A stretch of DNA of 64,000 nt from assembly GCF_006345805.1 (NCBI RefSeq), contig NC_043004.1, positions 40,858,001 through 40,922,000 of the forward strand, read 5' to 3'. This DNA comes from Octopus sinensis. Taxonomy: Eukaryota. The notes beneath the pieces were generated by a model that saw only the letters and a list, made by a program, of their open reading frames with translations, was not told the DNA's origin and searched no databases. Both the position numbers and the translations under genes were made by a program. Of this stretch, positions 36,283 through 49,713 are shown piece after piece. Position 1 is the first letter of the stretch; each line of letters starts with the position of its first letter.

Positions 36283-36921
36283 GAAACTGGCCAGATCTGG
36301 CCTCTCACAGCATCCCTATAATATCCTTCTAAAAATTAACAGTTACCTCATCAAAATCACAAAGCTACAAGACAATGCAAGATTAAATGAAAAAACTGTG
36401 TGAATAAATAAGCATAACATTGGACGGAATAATCGAAATGCCAAAGAGTTAAATAACTGCAGAACATGTAGAGATTAGAAAGAAACAATTAACCACACAG
36501 TCTCTGATCAACCAGTTCCAACCAAGAGAAAATACATGTACAGACATGATTGACTTGGGGCTTTCATATACAGAAATTTAAACAGAGACATCAAGATTAA
36601 TTGACTGGATATCGTTGTCAAGGACACCCAGGATAGGAAATGCCTCTTAATCAAATTATCAGTCTTAACCAATTATAATGCATCACACTTTAAAGAAATG
36701 GAGAAATTAATGAGACATCCAACTCCTGACAGCCAGGATGTTTTTTTGGGGTTTTTTTGTAGGTGCAGTCATGGCCATGTGGTAACAAGTCTGTTTCCAA
36801 ACTACATGGTTTTAGGTTTAGTTCCACTGTGTGGCACCTTGGGCAAGTATCTTTTGCTACAGCCCCAGGATGACCGAAGCCTTGTGAGTGGATTTGGTAG
36901 ATGAAAATTGAAAAGAGCTTA

Positions 36922-36960
<39 letters not shown>

Positions 36961-37137
36961 TACATGCATGCATGCATGTGTGTGTTTATGGAACACAGTA
37001 TTTTCCAGCATATAAGTCGAATTTTTCAGACCAAAATTTACAGCCAAAAAAGGTAGGTCAACTTATACACCAAGACAACTTCCATGTGAAATGCAGCAGG
37101 ACTTGGAAAGATAATGACAATGTTTGAATGTTTACAC

Positions 37138-37475
37138 CAGTGGTTCTCAGCTGGGGTTCATATGGCCCCTGAGAGTCAATGTAAGATTCTTGGGGGTCGA
37201 CACTGCAAAATAGTAAACTGGGGATCCACAATAGTATTTTAAGAGTCCTTGAAAGAATTTTGCTTTAGATGTGTGTATTGGTATGTATTGTAAGAAGCAG
37301 CAAAGTTTCTTTAACATTTTACACATTTTACGAATGAAGGTGTGAAAAACAAAATAGGAATTTCGAAAGAAGTTTCTATAAAGCTACTTTTTAAACATTG
37401 AATGTCTATGGGGATATACCAGAATAAAATGATAATCAAAGGGGACCAAAGACAAAAAATGGTTGAGAACCTCTG
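37138..37475. mobile_element. hAT-type MITE
   Basis: CAGTGGTTCTCA / TGAGAACCTCTG termini; perfect 8-bp TSD gtttacac. Confidence 0.88.
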
Positions 37476-37686
37476 GTTTACACTGTATATTACATCAACA
37501 TGTAAGCCAGAAAATGCACAATGTGCACAACATATAGAAAGCAACACTGCTAGGTACTGTATATCTTATACTCAGAGTAATGCTAATACAAAGGAAAATA
37601 CAAAACCAAAACAAAACTTTGGATGTAACCGAGGTTCAGAGACCTTATTTATAATGTGTGTTTTCATTGTACTATCAAGTAAGACT

Positions 37687-37938
37687 GTGGAGGCACGTGG
37701 CTTAGTGGTTAGGGTGTCAGCATCATGATCGTAAGATTGTGGTTTCGATTCCTGGACGCATTGTGTTCTTGAGCAAAACACTTCATTTCACATTGCTCCA
37801 GTCAACTGAGCTGGCAAAAATGAGTGACGCTGCGATGGACTGGTGTCCCATCCAGCTGGGGAACACATATGCCATAGAAACCGGGAAACTGGGCCCATGA
37901 GCCTGGCTAGGCTTTAAAAGGGTGCATTTATTTTATTT
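37687..37938 (+). mobile_element. tRNA-derived SINE with a C-type middle and a B-type 3' half
   Basis: A/B boxes; perfect 14-bp TSD tatcaagtaagact. Confidence 0.9.
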
Positions 37939-38754
37939 TATCAAGTAAGACTGGGGTGGAATAATAATCCTTTCTAATATAGGCACAAGAAATGAAGTTT
38001 TGGAGGAGGTGGGGTTTAGGCAATTACATCAAGCCCAGTGCTCAATAAATACTTATTTCATTGCCCCAAAAAGACGAAAGACAAAGTCAACCACAGCAGA
38101 ATTTGAATATAAATGAGACAAGATCATAACAGAGAGTTAAAATGATGAATCAGAAATGATGTGTAGCTGATATTATCAACTTGCTTGCAAATTAGGCCAG
38201 CAATGCTAACCAGTATATCTGAGGACAGCAATATTTAACTTGAACTTTCAGATAGTCAAGTTTGGTATTTAAGCATAAGTTAAAAAGAGAAGAAAAAAAA
38301 ACTAGAGAGACGGGGAGAGAGAAAGTAAGCCTGCCTCTCATTTTATAGATTCAAATATCCAATTAAAAATTAAGAGATATGCAAGTAATGGAAAAATGGA
38401 CGATGATGATGTAGACATCACAAAAATGTTGTCGGAAACCCTGGTGACAGACACATACACACACATCCACATTTATAAAATACCAGTGTGTATGCATAGA
38501 CAAAAAAATGTTCACACACAGTTAACACCATCTAGAAATGAGCAAATGGGAGAGACTCTATGTGGATACTCAAAATTGGAGAAATAATAGCCAAATTTCA
38601 CTGAAATAAAACCCAACAGTCTTAAAATAAAAATACTTAGAATTAATGTAATTCTAGATGTGTTAGATTGGAAAAAAGAATTATCAAAGGTAAAACATCA
38701 TCCCTGGAACTAAGAAAAAATCATTTTCCAATCACAACCAATCTGGATATTTAA

Positions 38755-38975
38755 CCCTTTCAATACCAACCCGGTTGAAACCGCCCCTGGGTCTGTAGTA
38801 CAAATGTCATGTTTACTTAAGTTTTGAATTTAAATCTTCCACCAAACCTTAGTTACAATTTATGTTCCTAACACTAGCTTAATGATAGTGAACTTATTTT
38901 ATTAAATTCTTTGTTATATTTAAAATAATTGAAAGAAACACAGAGCATCTCAAAATAAATACGGTAACAAAAGGG
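38755..38975. mobile_element. TTAA-flanked piggyBac-type MITE, family P2
   Basis: TTAA|CCCTTT...AAAGGG|TTAA. An inverted copy lies at 51511-51731. Confidence 0.88.
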
Positions 38976-39713
38976 TTAAGTAGTCGTTCGAATTGCTAAA
39001 AACAAGCCACATCCCACCACCAATCACATCCACCCATTCTGAAGAGACAGACACAGTAAATAACACAGTGCCACATATATCAAAAGACATGATGGGTAAT
39101 GAAAATGTTTTGGATAATATCTACAAAATCATGTCTACATAATCACGTCTACCCTGCAGGTTAAACAACTAAAACGCTTTATCACTTAGCCAACATCTGT
39201 AACAGCTGTAGAGGAAATGCAAAAATAAATATTGATAGCTAACAAGGACACAAGGCCTCAAATATCAAGACAGTTCAAAGTTGATTATAGCGATCCCAAT
39301 ATTTAACTGGTACTTTATTTTATTGACCCAAGAAGGCTGACAGGCAATGTTTATATCAGTGTAATTTGAACTTGAAATACAGAACTTGAATACACACCTA
39401 AATACAGCAAGGCATTTTGTCTAGTATTCTAGCATTTCAGCTAATTCTCTTTGTGTCCATTGTCCAAATTTTACCAAAGTGACTCTTAGCAAACAGGATC
39501 CATTATGAGCTCCACAGAGACTTTCAGACCAGACTGTATATGTAACTACAAAATTTTCTGAAACTGTTCAAGAGCACTTTGTAGATTTCCAACAGCTAGT
39601 GCCAATCAAGAACCTTAAATGGTTTATTATTCAATACTATGGTTAATCTTCTTGATACCAACTTGTCTGAGACTACTTTTGGGTTTAAAAAAAAAAAAAA
39701 ATCTGTCTTTTAA

Positions 39714-40270
39714 CCCTTTAGTATTTAAACCCACCATATCCAGCCAAAATATTCTGCCTGTTTTATGTTCAAACTGGCCAGATCTAGCCTCTCACACCTA
39801 CCTTGCAATGTCATTTTTAAAACAATAGGCAACCACATCATCGATATCTCAAAACTACAAAATAATATGAGACTAATTCAAAACAATGTGAATAAATAAA
39901 CATTACGATCAGACCCCCTTCAGTCATGACTGACCGTGGGATTGCACCTAGAAAGTTACCCTCCCAAGCACAAGTCCGGGCAAGGTTGTTTATGTAAGAC
40001 CAGCAGTCGCCCATGCATACCAGCCTCCCCTCCCCATGCCACCCATGTTATCCAAGGGAAAGGCAAAGGCCAATACAGCTTGGCACCTGTGACGTCGCAA
40101 CTCATTACAGGTGAGTGAACTGGAGCAACGTGAAATAAAGTGTCTTGCTCGAGAACACAACACGCAGCCCGGTCTGGGATTCGAAATCACAACCTCACGA
40201 TCGTAAGCTCGATGCTCTAACCACTGAGCCATGCGCCTTCATTTGATAGAATAAGCTGAATGCTAAAAGG
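39714..40270. mobile_element. P1 MITE interrupted by a family C SINE (39911-40240, minus strand)
   Basis: TTAA-flanked ends; the SINE matches 7238-7578. Confidence 0.85.
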
Positions 40271-40836
40271 TTAAAGTGTTCTCTTTTGAAACATGGTTGT
40301 TCTATCAAAATATTTTCATGTTTCAAACACCAGCTTAATATAGTGACACATGCTGGGTCTTGACAGATGCAAGAGTTTAGTTGATTATATCAACATTCCT
40401 ATTTTAACTGATACTTATGTTACTGAGTTTAGAAGAAGGGGAAAAAAACCAAAAAATTTACCAGGGCATGCTTAATATGCCAATAAATAGGTAAAAAAAA
40501 TTAGATATTTTACTAAATCCCTACAAATTCTTGATATTTTCAAAATTAACTGAAAATATTAGACAATGAATTTTGTTAATCGGGAAAGCCTACACCCACA
40601 CACATAATGCCATATTTTCTGGCATACAAGTGAAATTTTTCAAACCAAAATTTACAGCAAAACAATACACAGCCCAGCTTATACAGCAAGTCAACAAGGG
40701 TCGAAAATTCCATGTGAATAGAATTTAGAAAGATAATGATGATGTTAGAATGTCTACACAGCATTGCATACACTATACATTACATCAGCTTGTATGTCAG
40801 AAAGTACAGAATATAACTTCTGCCTGTCTTCTAAAC

Positions 40837-41361
40837 CAGAGGTCCTCAACCACTAGGCTGCAGACCGGTCCCAGTACGTGGATCATTTGCTTCCAGGTTA
40901 CAACAAAATAATTAACTTGTTTAAAATTATATAATAGATAAATTGAATATTGGACTTCAATTTTAATTTAAAAAGATTTATTTGAATATTCAACATTCAT
41001 CTACTCAAGACTATCTATCATAGCTGTAAGTACATTTTATAATTAATATAAATTTTTATATTTAATGTATATTTTACATCTACCTTTACTATCTATCATA
41101 ACTGTAATTACATTTTACAATTAATGTACATTTTAATTTATTTGCAATAATTTTCAACTAATTTTCTGATCTTAACTTACTTTCAGGTTTTAAAGAATTT
41201 CAGTACAATAGAGTGAAAAGATGATACATTTTGTTCTTCCCTTTAATAAATTTCTCTTTACTGAAATACACCTAAATTACACATGTATGCCACTACCACT
41301 CTGCTAAAAGATTGTCCAGCATGAAGCCAGTCGGTGGTATGAAAAAGGTTAGAGACAACAG
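40837..41361. mobile_element. hAT-type non-autonomous element
   Basis: CAGAGGTCCTCAACC / GGTTAGAGACAACAG degenerate termini; perfect 8-bp TSD ttctaaac. Confidence 0.7.
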
Positions 41362-41379
41362 TTCTAAACAGTTAATTAA

Positions 41380-41595
41380 CCCCTTAGTGTTCAGATTACT
41401 CTGTCAAATATAATGCTTTTTCATTCACATTATTTTGAATTAATCCTGCATTATCTTGTATGAGAATTTGATGATGTGATGGTTTATTTTGAGGATGTCA
41501 TTGTAGGATATGAGTGAAAGGCCAGATCTAGATGGTTTGAGCATAAAAGAAGTATAAAATTTGGGCAGGATATGGCCGGTTTAAATGCTAAAGGG
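41380..41595. mobile_element. P1 piggyBac-type MITE
   Basis: TTAA|CCCCTTAG...CTAAAGGG. Confidence 0.8.
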
Positions 41596-42237
41596 TCAAG
41601 TAATCAGGTATTTGTCTTCATCAGAAATGTCTACCACTCATTTAGCTTCTAAAAACAAAAGAAAAACCCACTTCATGAACAAAGAGAGAGTCTCTAAATA
41701 CAAGAAAAGCTATCTTGCAAGATATAACAACCAGATGTCCTTCAAATCATACTCAAAGAACACACTGGCTACTGCATTTCTTAATATCCCCCACCCCTTG
41801 CCAAAAGAAAAAAAAAAGGAAAGTTCTGGCTAAAATGCCTTTGATCATAGGTCCACACAATCAGGAATGACCTTGGGTTAAACAATAACAGCTCTATAAC
41901 TTCCTAAATTCTAAATATTAGAATTACTGTTAAGTTTGGTTGCAAATGACAACGGTACTTGGCATAATGAGTAGCTAACGACATCTATCTCCAACACATA
42001 TGGAACCATTCCAGTAAAAGAGTTGTCTCAAGTGCTTACTCAAAGATCTACAGAAAGGAAATAAGAGATATATGATTTTCCATGTTAAAATATTCAGTTT
42101 TAAACTGGCATCACTATCCACTTTGATGAGTACAAGAATTGTACAAAATACACATTTTTGAAACAACAGCAATCACTTTTATTACCATAAAAATATCTTG
42201 GTTTCTTTTAGTTGAAATAGAAATAAGACATATATAC

Positions 42238-42975
42238 ATTGTATGTGTATGCATATATACATAGATATATATATACATACATACATTTATATACATACTT
42301 ATACATACATATATATACATACATATACATACATACATATACATACATTTATATACATACATATATATACATACATTTATATACACATACATACATTTAT
42401 ATACACATACATACATACACATACATACATACATACATTTATATACATACATTTATATACATATATATATATATATATATATACATATACATACACATAT
42501 ATATATATATACATACATTTATATACATATATATATATATATACACATACATATACATACATACATATATATACGCATACATATACATACATACATATAC
42601 ATACATATATAGATATAAACACCCACTACCCTCGCGGAGTGGTTGGCGTTAGGAAGGGCATCCAGCCGTAGAAACACTGCCAGATCTGACTGGGCCTGAC
42701 GAAGCCTTCCAGCTTCACAGACCCCAGTTGACCCGTCCAACCCATGCTAGCATGGAAAGCGGACGCTAAACGATGATGATGATGATGATGATATATATAC
42801 ATACATATAAACATACATAAATACATATACATACATATATACATGCATATATATATATACATACATACATATACATACATATATATATACACACACACAC
42901 ATTGTGGCTGTATGAGTGTGTAAACATATATATATATATATATAAATGTATATACACATTCACACACACATACAT
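42238..42975. repeat. Compound TA/TACA microsatellites flanking a family D fragment (42620-42790)
   Basis: Directly visible. Confidence 0.9.
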
Positions 42976-43194
42976 AACATTGTGGTTAGGTGGTAAGAAC
43001 TTTGCTTCCCAACCACATGGTTTCAGGTTCAGACCCATTGCATGGCACCTTGAGCAAGTGTCATCTACTATGGCCTCAAGCTGACCAAAGCCTTGTGAGT
43101 GGATTTGGTAGTTGGAAACTGAAAGAATGTGTAGGTGTGTGTCTGGCCACCACTTGAGAACTGATGTTGGTTTGTTTACGTTTCTGTAACTTAG

Positions 43195-43452
43195 CAGTCC
43201 TGGTTTAGGACTAATGTTGCTGTAATTTAGCCCCAGGAGACATCATCTCCAGCTGGCTATACAACACGATCTGTGTCCTTATATTTTTGAACAAGGGAAT
43301 CTAGCACCCCACTCAGCTCAAAGCAACATCTGTATATTGCGATTTCTGGGTTATTTCCCTTCATATAAGGACACAGATTGTGTCATATAACCAGGCGGAG
43401 ATGATGTCTCTTGGGGCTAAATTACAGTAACATGAGTCCTAAACCAGGACTG
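43195..43452. mobile_element. MITE with ~90-bp TIRs inserted in a family A SINE
   Basis: cagtcctggtttaggact...ctgtgtccttatat versus atataaggacacag...agtcctaaaccaggactg. Confidence 0.85.
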
Positions 43453-43788
43453 CCATGTTATGTTGGCAAACAATCTTTACTACAAATGACTGTTGCTGAA
43501 TATCTCACGTTGTGAGATTTAAAAATAGTAATTTACAATGCAGTATATTGAGAACTTTGATGGTGGTGGTGGTGGTATTGTTGTTGATGATGGTTGTGAT
43601 GGCGTGAGTGTGTGTGTATGTGTTTATGTATGTGTGTGTGTGTGTGTTTATGTATGTGTCTGTGTTGTCAACTGTACATAGCAGTGTATGTGTACCTACG
43701 TAATTTGTGTCAACACGCACCAATGTGTGTGTGTGTGTGTGTATGCCTGTGTATCTGCACAAATTAAAATAGTATGTGTGTATGTGCA

Positions 43789-43824
<36 letters not shown>

Positions 43825-43884
43825 CGCACAAGCATGGGAACAGTTATTTGAAAACTATAGTTTGCAATACTTCATACTCATATG

Positions 43885-44115
43885 TCAGAAGAAGAGGAAG
43901 AAGAGGAGAAAGAAGGAGAGAAGTGGTGGAGAGAAGAGGTTAGAGGTAGCAGAAAGAGAGGGAGGGAGAAAGTGGTAAGAGAGGACAAGGTGGGAGAGAA
44001 GGAGGAGAGGGGAACGAGGTGGGGAGAGAGAGGGAACAAGGGGGAGAAAGATGAGGTGCAAGAGAGAGGGGAGTGAAGAAAGGAAGAAGGGGAGAAGGAG
44101 AGGAGAAGGAGGGGA
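43885..44115. repeat. Purine-rich GA/GGA tract, preceded by (GT)n-rich sequence from 43600
   Basis: Directly visible. Confidence 0.85.
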
Positions 44116-44799
44116 TGTTAAAAAGTAAGAGGTCAAAAATGTATGTAAGATAATAAAAGAAAATTAAACTATCATTAGCCTTCTGGATATGACAGCTTCT
44201 GACAAATAATTCTTTAAACTACTGAAAAGAGAAACTGAAACTCCATATTTTACAATAAACCCTCCTTGTAAGCCAGAGAAAAAGGCCACTTGCCCTGCTA
44301 GAAATAGTAGCCAAATATCAAAACGCATACTGCCATCTTAAATAGAGAATGACATATGATATACTTGTACAAAACACATAATTTTTCAAGGATGTTTTTT
44401 ATACAATTCCTAACAACAATCAATTATAAAAATATTATAGGGTTTTATTTGAACAGAAGACATCCTATGGGATGGGATGACCTAGATGAGAGAGATGAGA
44501 TTATTTGAACACTGAATGGCTATAGGGGTCCAGTAGAGTAAAATGGGAATCAAAGGTGTCCATAGGCGAAAAATGGTTGAGAACCACTGCTCTAGACAAA
44601 AAGCTTTTCCTTAGTGACATGTCAGTTTTGGAGAAATCTTGACTCATCTTCTTAACCCCTTCTCCGGTGACTTTTTTTGGGGAGAAAACAATTCATTTTC
44701 AGATGAATTTTTTTATCAGACAGGCTTACACACTCATCTGTTGTATCCAGCTTCTAATAGAAGGTTCATACTCATTGTCGTCTTCTGAGCTCAAAGCTT

Positions 44800-45170
44800 A
44801 CCAGGTTCCAGGTTCCAGGTTCAGTCCCACTGCACGGCACCTTGGGCAAGTGTCTTCTACTATAGCCTCGGGCTGACCAAAGCCTTGTAAGTGGATTTGG
44901 TGGATGGAAACTGAAAGAAGCCCGTCGTATATACGTATATATATATGTATGTGTGTGTATATGTTTGTGAATCTGTTTGTCCCTCCAACATCGCTTGACA
45001 ATAGATGCTGGTGTGTTTAGGTCCCCCGTAACTTGGCAGTTCGGCAAAAGAGACCAATAGAATAAGTACTAGGCTTACAAAGAATAAGTCCTGGGGTCGA
45101 TTTGATTCGACTAAAGGCGGTGCTCCAGCATGGCCACAGTCAAATGACTGAAACAAGTAAAAGAATAAAA
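44800..45170 (+). mobile_element. SINE family A, 5'-truncated
   Basis: Family motifs. Confidence 0.88.
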
Positions 45171-45388
45171 ATAATATAAGCCTAGTGAAAGGTGAGGGAT
45201 GCACAGTGATAAGAACAACACGTATATAAACAAACATTGATTTGTATCAAACAAATGTGAGGGAAGTACTCAATATATGTTGCACACATGGTTTACTGAG
45301 ACTGATTTGAGTTTCATACCATTATTATACACACATACACTAAAGACCAACCTTTGTGACAGGGTCACCTTTGACCATAGGTCTATAT

Positions 45389-45854
45389 CAGTGGTTCCCA
45401 AACATTTTGGGGATGCCGCCCCCTTGACACCCAGGCCACATTCCTAGCACCTCCACCCCAACTAGCCATCATAAACATAGACTTCTTTCTGAGACAAATT
45501 CAAAGCAACTGTATTTCATAAATAAAACTTAACCTAATGAACCCATTATTTTGTTGTTTTTACATGGCGTTAGGAAGGGCATCCAGCTGTAGAAACTGCC
45601 AGATCAAGATTGAAGACTGGTGCAGCCATCTGGTTTGCCAGCCCTCAGTCAAAATCGTCCAACCCATGCTAGCATGGAAAGCAGACGTGAAACGATGATG
45701 ACGATGATGATGACATGAATCGCAACCCAATTATTGTCCTACTTTTTACATGAATCGCTACACCATTATCACCCCACTTTTCTTCAACAACCCCTTGGAA
45801 CTTTCCACCACCCCACCCACCAGGGAGCAATACCACCTACTTTGGGAACCACTA
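45389..45854. mobile_element. hAT-type MITE with a nested family D fragment (45560-45715)
   Basis: CAGTGGTTCCCAAA / TTTGGGAACCACTA termini; near TSD gtctatat/gtcttata. Confidence 0.75.
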
Positions 45855-46649
45855 GTCTTATATCAATCAGATCTGACCTAGAGTTTAAACAACAACACAA
45901 ATAACAGGCAAAACAAAACAAAAAAAATTAGTAACTCAACTTCCCTTTTGAAATTGATCAAAACTTCATAAAATATCAGTTCATAAACAAGATTGATGGA
46001 AAATAAAATCACATTAAACACAATCAAATACTGTGTGTGGGGAGGGGGGGCAGTCAAGAAACAGAAATGAATAAAAAAAATATCAGTTGTTTACTAATTG
46101 ATCTTTTAATTAAATTTCTTTTCACAAAAATACAATTATATTGTTATTTTTAACCTAATTACACCAAAGAGTAATAAATTTCCCTTCGTTTTCTGTCTCT
46201 GCTTTTTCTTTTCTTTTAATCTGAATAATTAAATAAATAAATAATAATCACTTAATTAGACATCAACATTTTAGTAGTGAGGGTTGGTTTATGGGGGAGG
46301 GGAGTTCTTTGTTTTGATTTATTATTATTATTATTATTATATTTATTATTTACTGGGGACAACACAATTATCATTTATCATTGGAATTTGAAGCAACAAA
46401 CCACATACTCTATTCCTTTGATTGTTGCACATCTAAGTAATAGTACATAAAATGATTAAATTCCCAGTAAACCAAGTCCATAATTCAACTTTGATTTACA
46501 ATTAAAGTTACTCTACATCATATTCCAATTAGTCTTAAAAAAAAAAAGACAAGAAGGACATACAAACTCATTTTGCCCAACCCTTATGAATATATTCAAT
46601 ATGAGAATTCATTAATTGTCATCATCTTCAGTGGTTTCATGTCCACTTC

Positions 46650-46857
46650 TCCATGCTTGCATGGATCAGATGCTGTTCCTGTTGCTAACCCTCATTTCCT
46701 TGCTTGCACGAGCCAGATGCTGTTCCTGTTGCTAACCCTCATTTACATGCTTGCACGGGTCAGATGCTGTTCCTGTTGCTAACCCTCATTTCCATGCTTG
46801 CACGGGTCAGATGCTGTTCCTGTTACTAACCCTCATTTCCATGCTTGCAGGAGCCAG
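46650..46857. repeat. 47-bp minisatellite, ~4.4 copies
   Basis: The tgcttgc anchor recurs at 46654, 46701, 46748, 46795 and 46842. Confidence 0.93.
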
Positions 46858-47084
46858 AGTTCAATAAATGTCATTAAATAAAAAGAAATGAAGCAGACTT
46901 TGTTCTTAATGATGGGTTATTCATTTATTCAATTATCTCAGACAACCATCAAAGAGATAATGCATATTATCATCATCATATATCTTTTTGTACTCATCAT
47001 GTGGATTATAATTAAAATATAAGAATAAGACATTTTAAATTTATTACCTTGAGTTTTTTTCTTTGTTATTTATTATATTGATAT

Positions 47085-47667
47085 TTATTTATGTATGTAT
47101 TTGTGTGTCTGTGTTTGTCCCCCACCCCCCACTTGTACTCTTTTTACTCTTTTACTTGTTTCAGTCATTGTGGCCATGCTGGAGCACCGCCTTTAATCAA
47201 GCAACTCGACCCCGGGACTTATTCTTTTGTAAGCCCAGTACTTATTCTATCGGTCTCTTTTGCCGAACCGCTAAGTAACAGGGACATAAACACACCAGCA
47301 TCAGTTGTCAAGCAATGCTAGGGGGGCAAACACAGACACACAAACACACACACGCATATATGTATATATACATATATACGACGGGCTTCTTTCAGTTTCC
47401 ATCTACCAAATCCACTCACAAGGCTTTGGTCGGCCCGAGGCTATAGTAGAAGACACTTGCCCAAGGTGCCACGCGGTGGTCTGTTTATGTTTTCGTAACT
47501 TAGCAGTTTGGCAAAAGAGACCAATAGAATAAGTACTAGGCTTACAAAGGATAAGTCCTGGGGGGTCAATTTGTTTGACTAAAGGCATAGCCACAGTCAA
47601 ATGCTCCAGCATGGCCACAGCCAAATGACTGAAACAAGTAAAGGAATAAATAAAAGAGTAAAAGAAC
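47085..47667. mobile_element. Family A SINE (minus, ~47133-47478) nested inside a plus-strand family A SINE
   Basis: Plus-strand middle segment at 47085-47132, then a minus copy, then the plus-strand 3' half resumes at ~47480. Confidence 0.8.
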
Positions 47668-47879
47668 GGAACATAATTCAGAATTTTACTCTAAAAATGG
47701 ATTGTATAAGCTATTAACAGTGAAATGATGAAAAATAAATGAAGACAAAAGCTGTAAATTTACTTTACACATTGCAAGTTAATGACTTCTCTGTACCTAA
47801 TGAGATCTCATTTTATTTTAATAACCATTATCATGTATTATATATTTACTTCTATTGGTAAGATTTAGTCTGTTGTGAT

Positions 47880-48162
47880 TGTTACCAACATCGCTTCAGT
47901 GGCACCTATGCCGGTGGCACATGTAAAAAGATTCGAGCAGGTCATTGCCAGTACCGCCTGACTGACCCCCGTGCCGGTGGCACGTAAAAAACACCCACTA
48001 CACTCTCTGAGTGGTTGGCGTTAGGAAGGGCATCCAGCTGTAGAAACTCTGCCAGATCAGATTGGAGCCTGGTGCAGCCATCTGGCTCGCCAGCCCTCAG
48101 TCAAAATCATCCAACCCATGCTAGCATGGAAATGGAACGTTAAACGATGATGATGATGATGA
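47880..48162 (+). mobile_element. Retroposon family D copy
   Basis: gtgccggtggcacgtaaaaaacacccactac...ttaggaagggc...(GAT)n. Confidence 0.9.
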
Positions 48163-48999
48163 CTATCCACTAAAGCCAAACATTCCTCTTCAATCTACCC
48201 AGTGCCCCTTTGGGGGCAGTACCAACCATGCTGAGAATCTATGCTCTAATGGTTATAAGTGATTCATATTACAGAAGCCCAAAGTTGATATAAATTTTGG
48301 AAATTATGATAATTTTTGTCAAATCTGTCCATCTGTAGTATAACTTTGGGTTTGGTTTACAACCTCCCACACTCGCTCACTCACTCCTTCTGTATATACA
48401 TTCATATGTATGTACAACTATATGTATGTACAACTATATGTACAAAGACACATATATATTTCTCAAATTGATCTCTACTAAACTGCTGCCATACTAATAA
48501 TGGTTTCAAATTTTGGCACAATGCCAGCAATTTTGAAGTGAGATTAGTCAATATCACTACTTAACTGATACTTTATTTTACTGACCCAGAAAGGGTGAAA
48601 GGCAAACTGAGCTTGGCAAGATTTGAACTCAAAACAAAGTTGTAGTAGTATGTAAGCAAGAACTATAACAGCCCACCACTGCATCCACCATTTGTAGGTG
48701 ATTCCCTAATCCTGACAGATAACACCTTTGCACCACTCAGGTGACAACCCTCCAACCCATGGGTCTGTTTGGATAGCCACTGCTGGTGTGGGTTTTACAA
48801 AGTCATAGTGCAAATCCTACTTCAACCTCTTTTAGTCACCGTTTTATGACATGCAGAGGAAACACGGTCTATTCTTTGACATACCAGTCTCCCACATATC
48901 ACAAAACGTAAAGGACTGGAAGAAATACTATAAGCATTTCTTTCGACATTCCAATGATTCTGCCAGTTCACCTTCTTAGTAACAACTTTCTAATATTCA

Positions 49000-49415
49000 T
49001 TTCTTTATTGCCTGCAGGGGGCTAAATATAAATGGGACAACAAACAAGGACAGACAAAGGGATTAAGGTGATTACATCGACCCCAGTGTGTAACTGGTAC
49101 TTAATTTATCGACCCCGAAAGGATGAAAGGCAAAGTCGACCTCAGCGAAATTTGAACTCAAAATGTAGCGGCAGATGAAATACCTACTTCTTTATTACCC
49201 ACAAGGGGCTAAACATAGAGGGGACAAACAAGGACAGACATAGGTATTAAGTCAATTACATCGACCCCAGTGCATAACTGGTACTTATTTAATCAACTCC
49301 GAAAGATGAAAGGTAAAGTCAACCTCAGCGGAATTTGAACTCAGAACGTAGTGGCAGATGAAATACCGCTAAGCATTTTGCCCAGCATGCTAATGATTCT
49401 GCCAGCTCGCCACCT
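49000..49415 (-). mobile_element. SINE family E, tandem dimer of partial copies
   Basis: Two successive matches to the plus-strand copy at 62300-62530. Confidence 0.8.
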
Positions 49416-49713
49416 TTCTGACATTGGCACAATAACCAGCAATTATGCAGAAGTTATTCAATTACATTGACTCCTTGCACTTGACTGGCACTTTATATTA
49501 TCAACCTCACCAGGATTTGAACTTGGAATGAAAAGAGCCAAAGCAAATACTGCAAAGCAATTTTCTCCAACACTCTAAGCAGCAAGAATACTGTATAACT
49601 AACAAGACATCTGTAAGATCAAATTTTCCCTTGGACCCTCAAAACAACAATCAGTCTCTCTTTTGAATCATTTCAATATGCAGTAGCAGTTTACTGTATT
49701 ATAGAATATTATT

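Noticed and set aside
42040-42047. 8-nt microexon (ctgtag|ATCTTTGA|gtaagc, minus strand)
   Set aside because: Splice sites look plausible but it is too short to support and breaks frame; not called.
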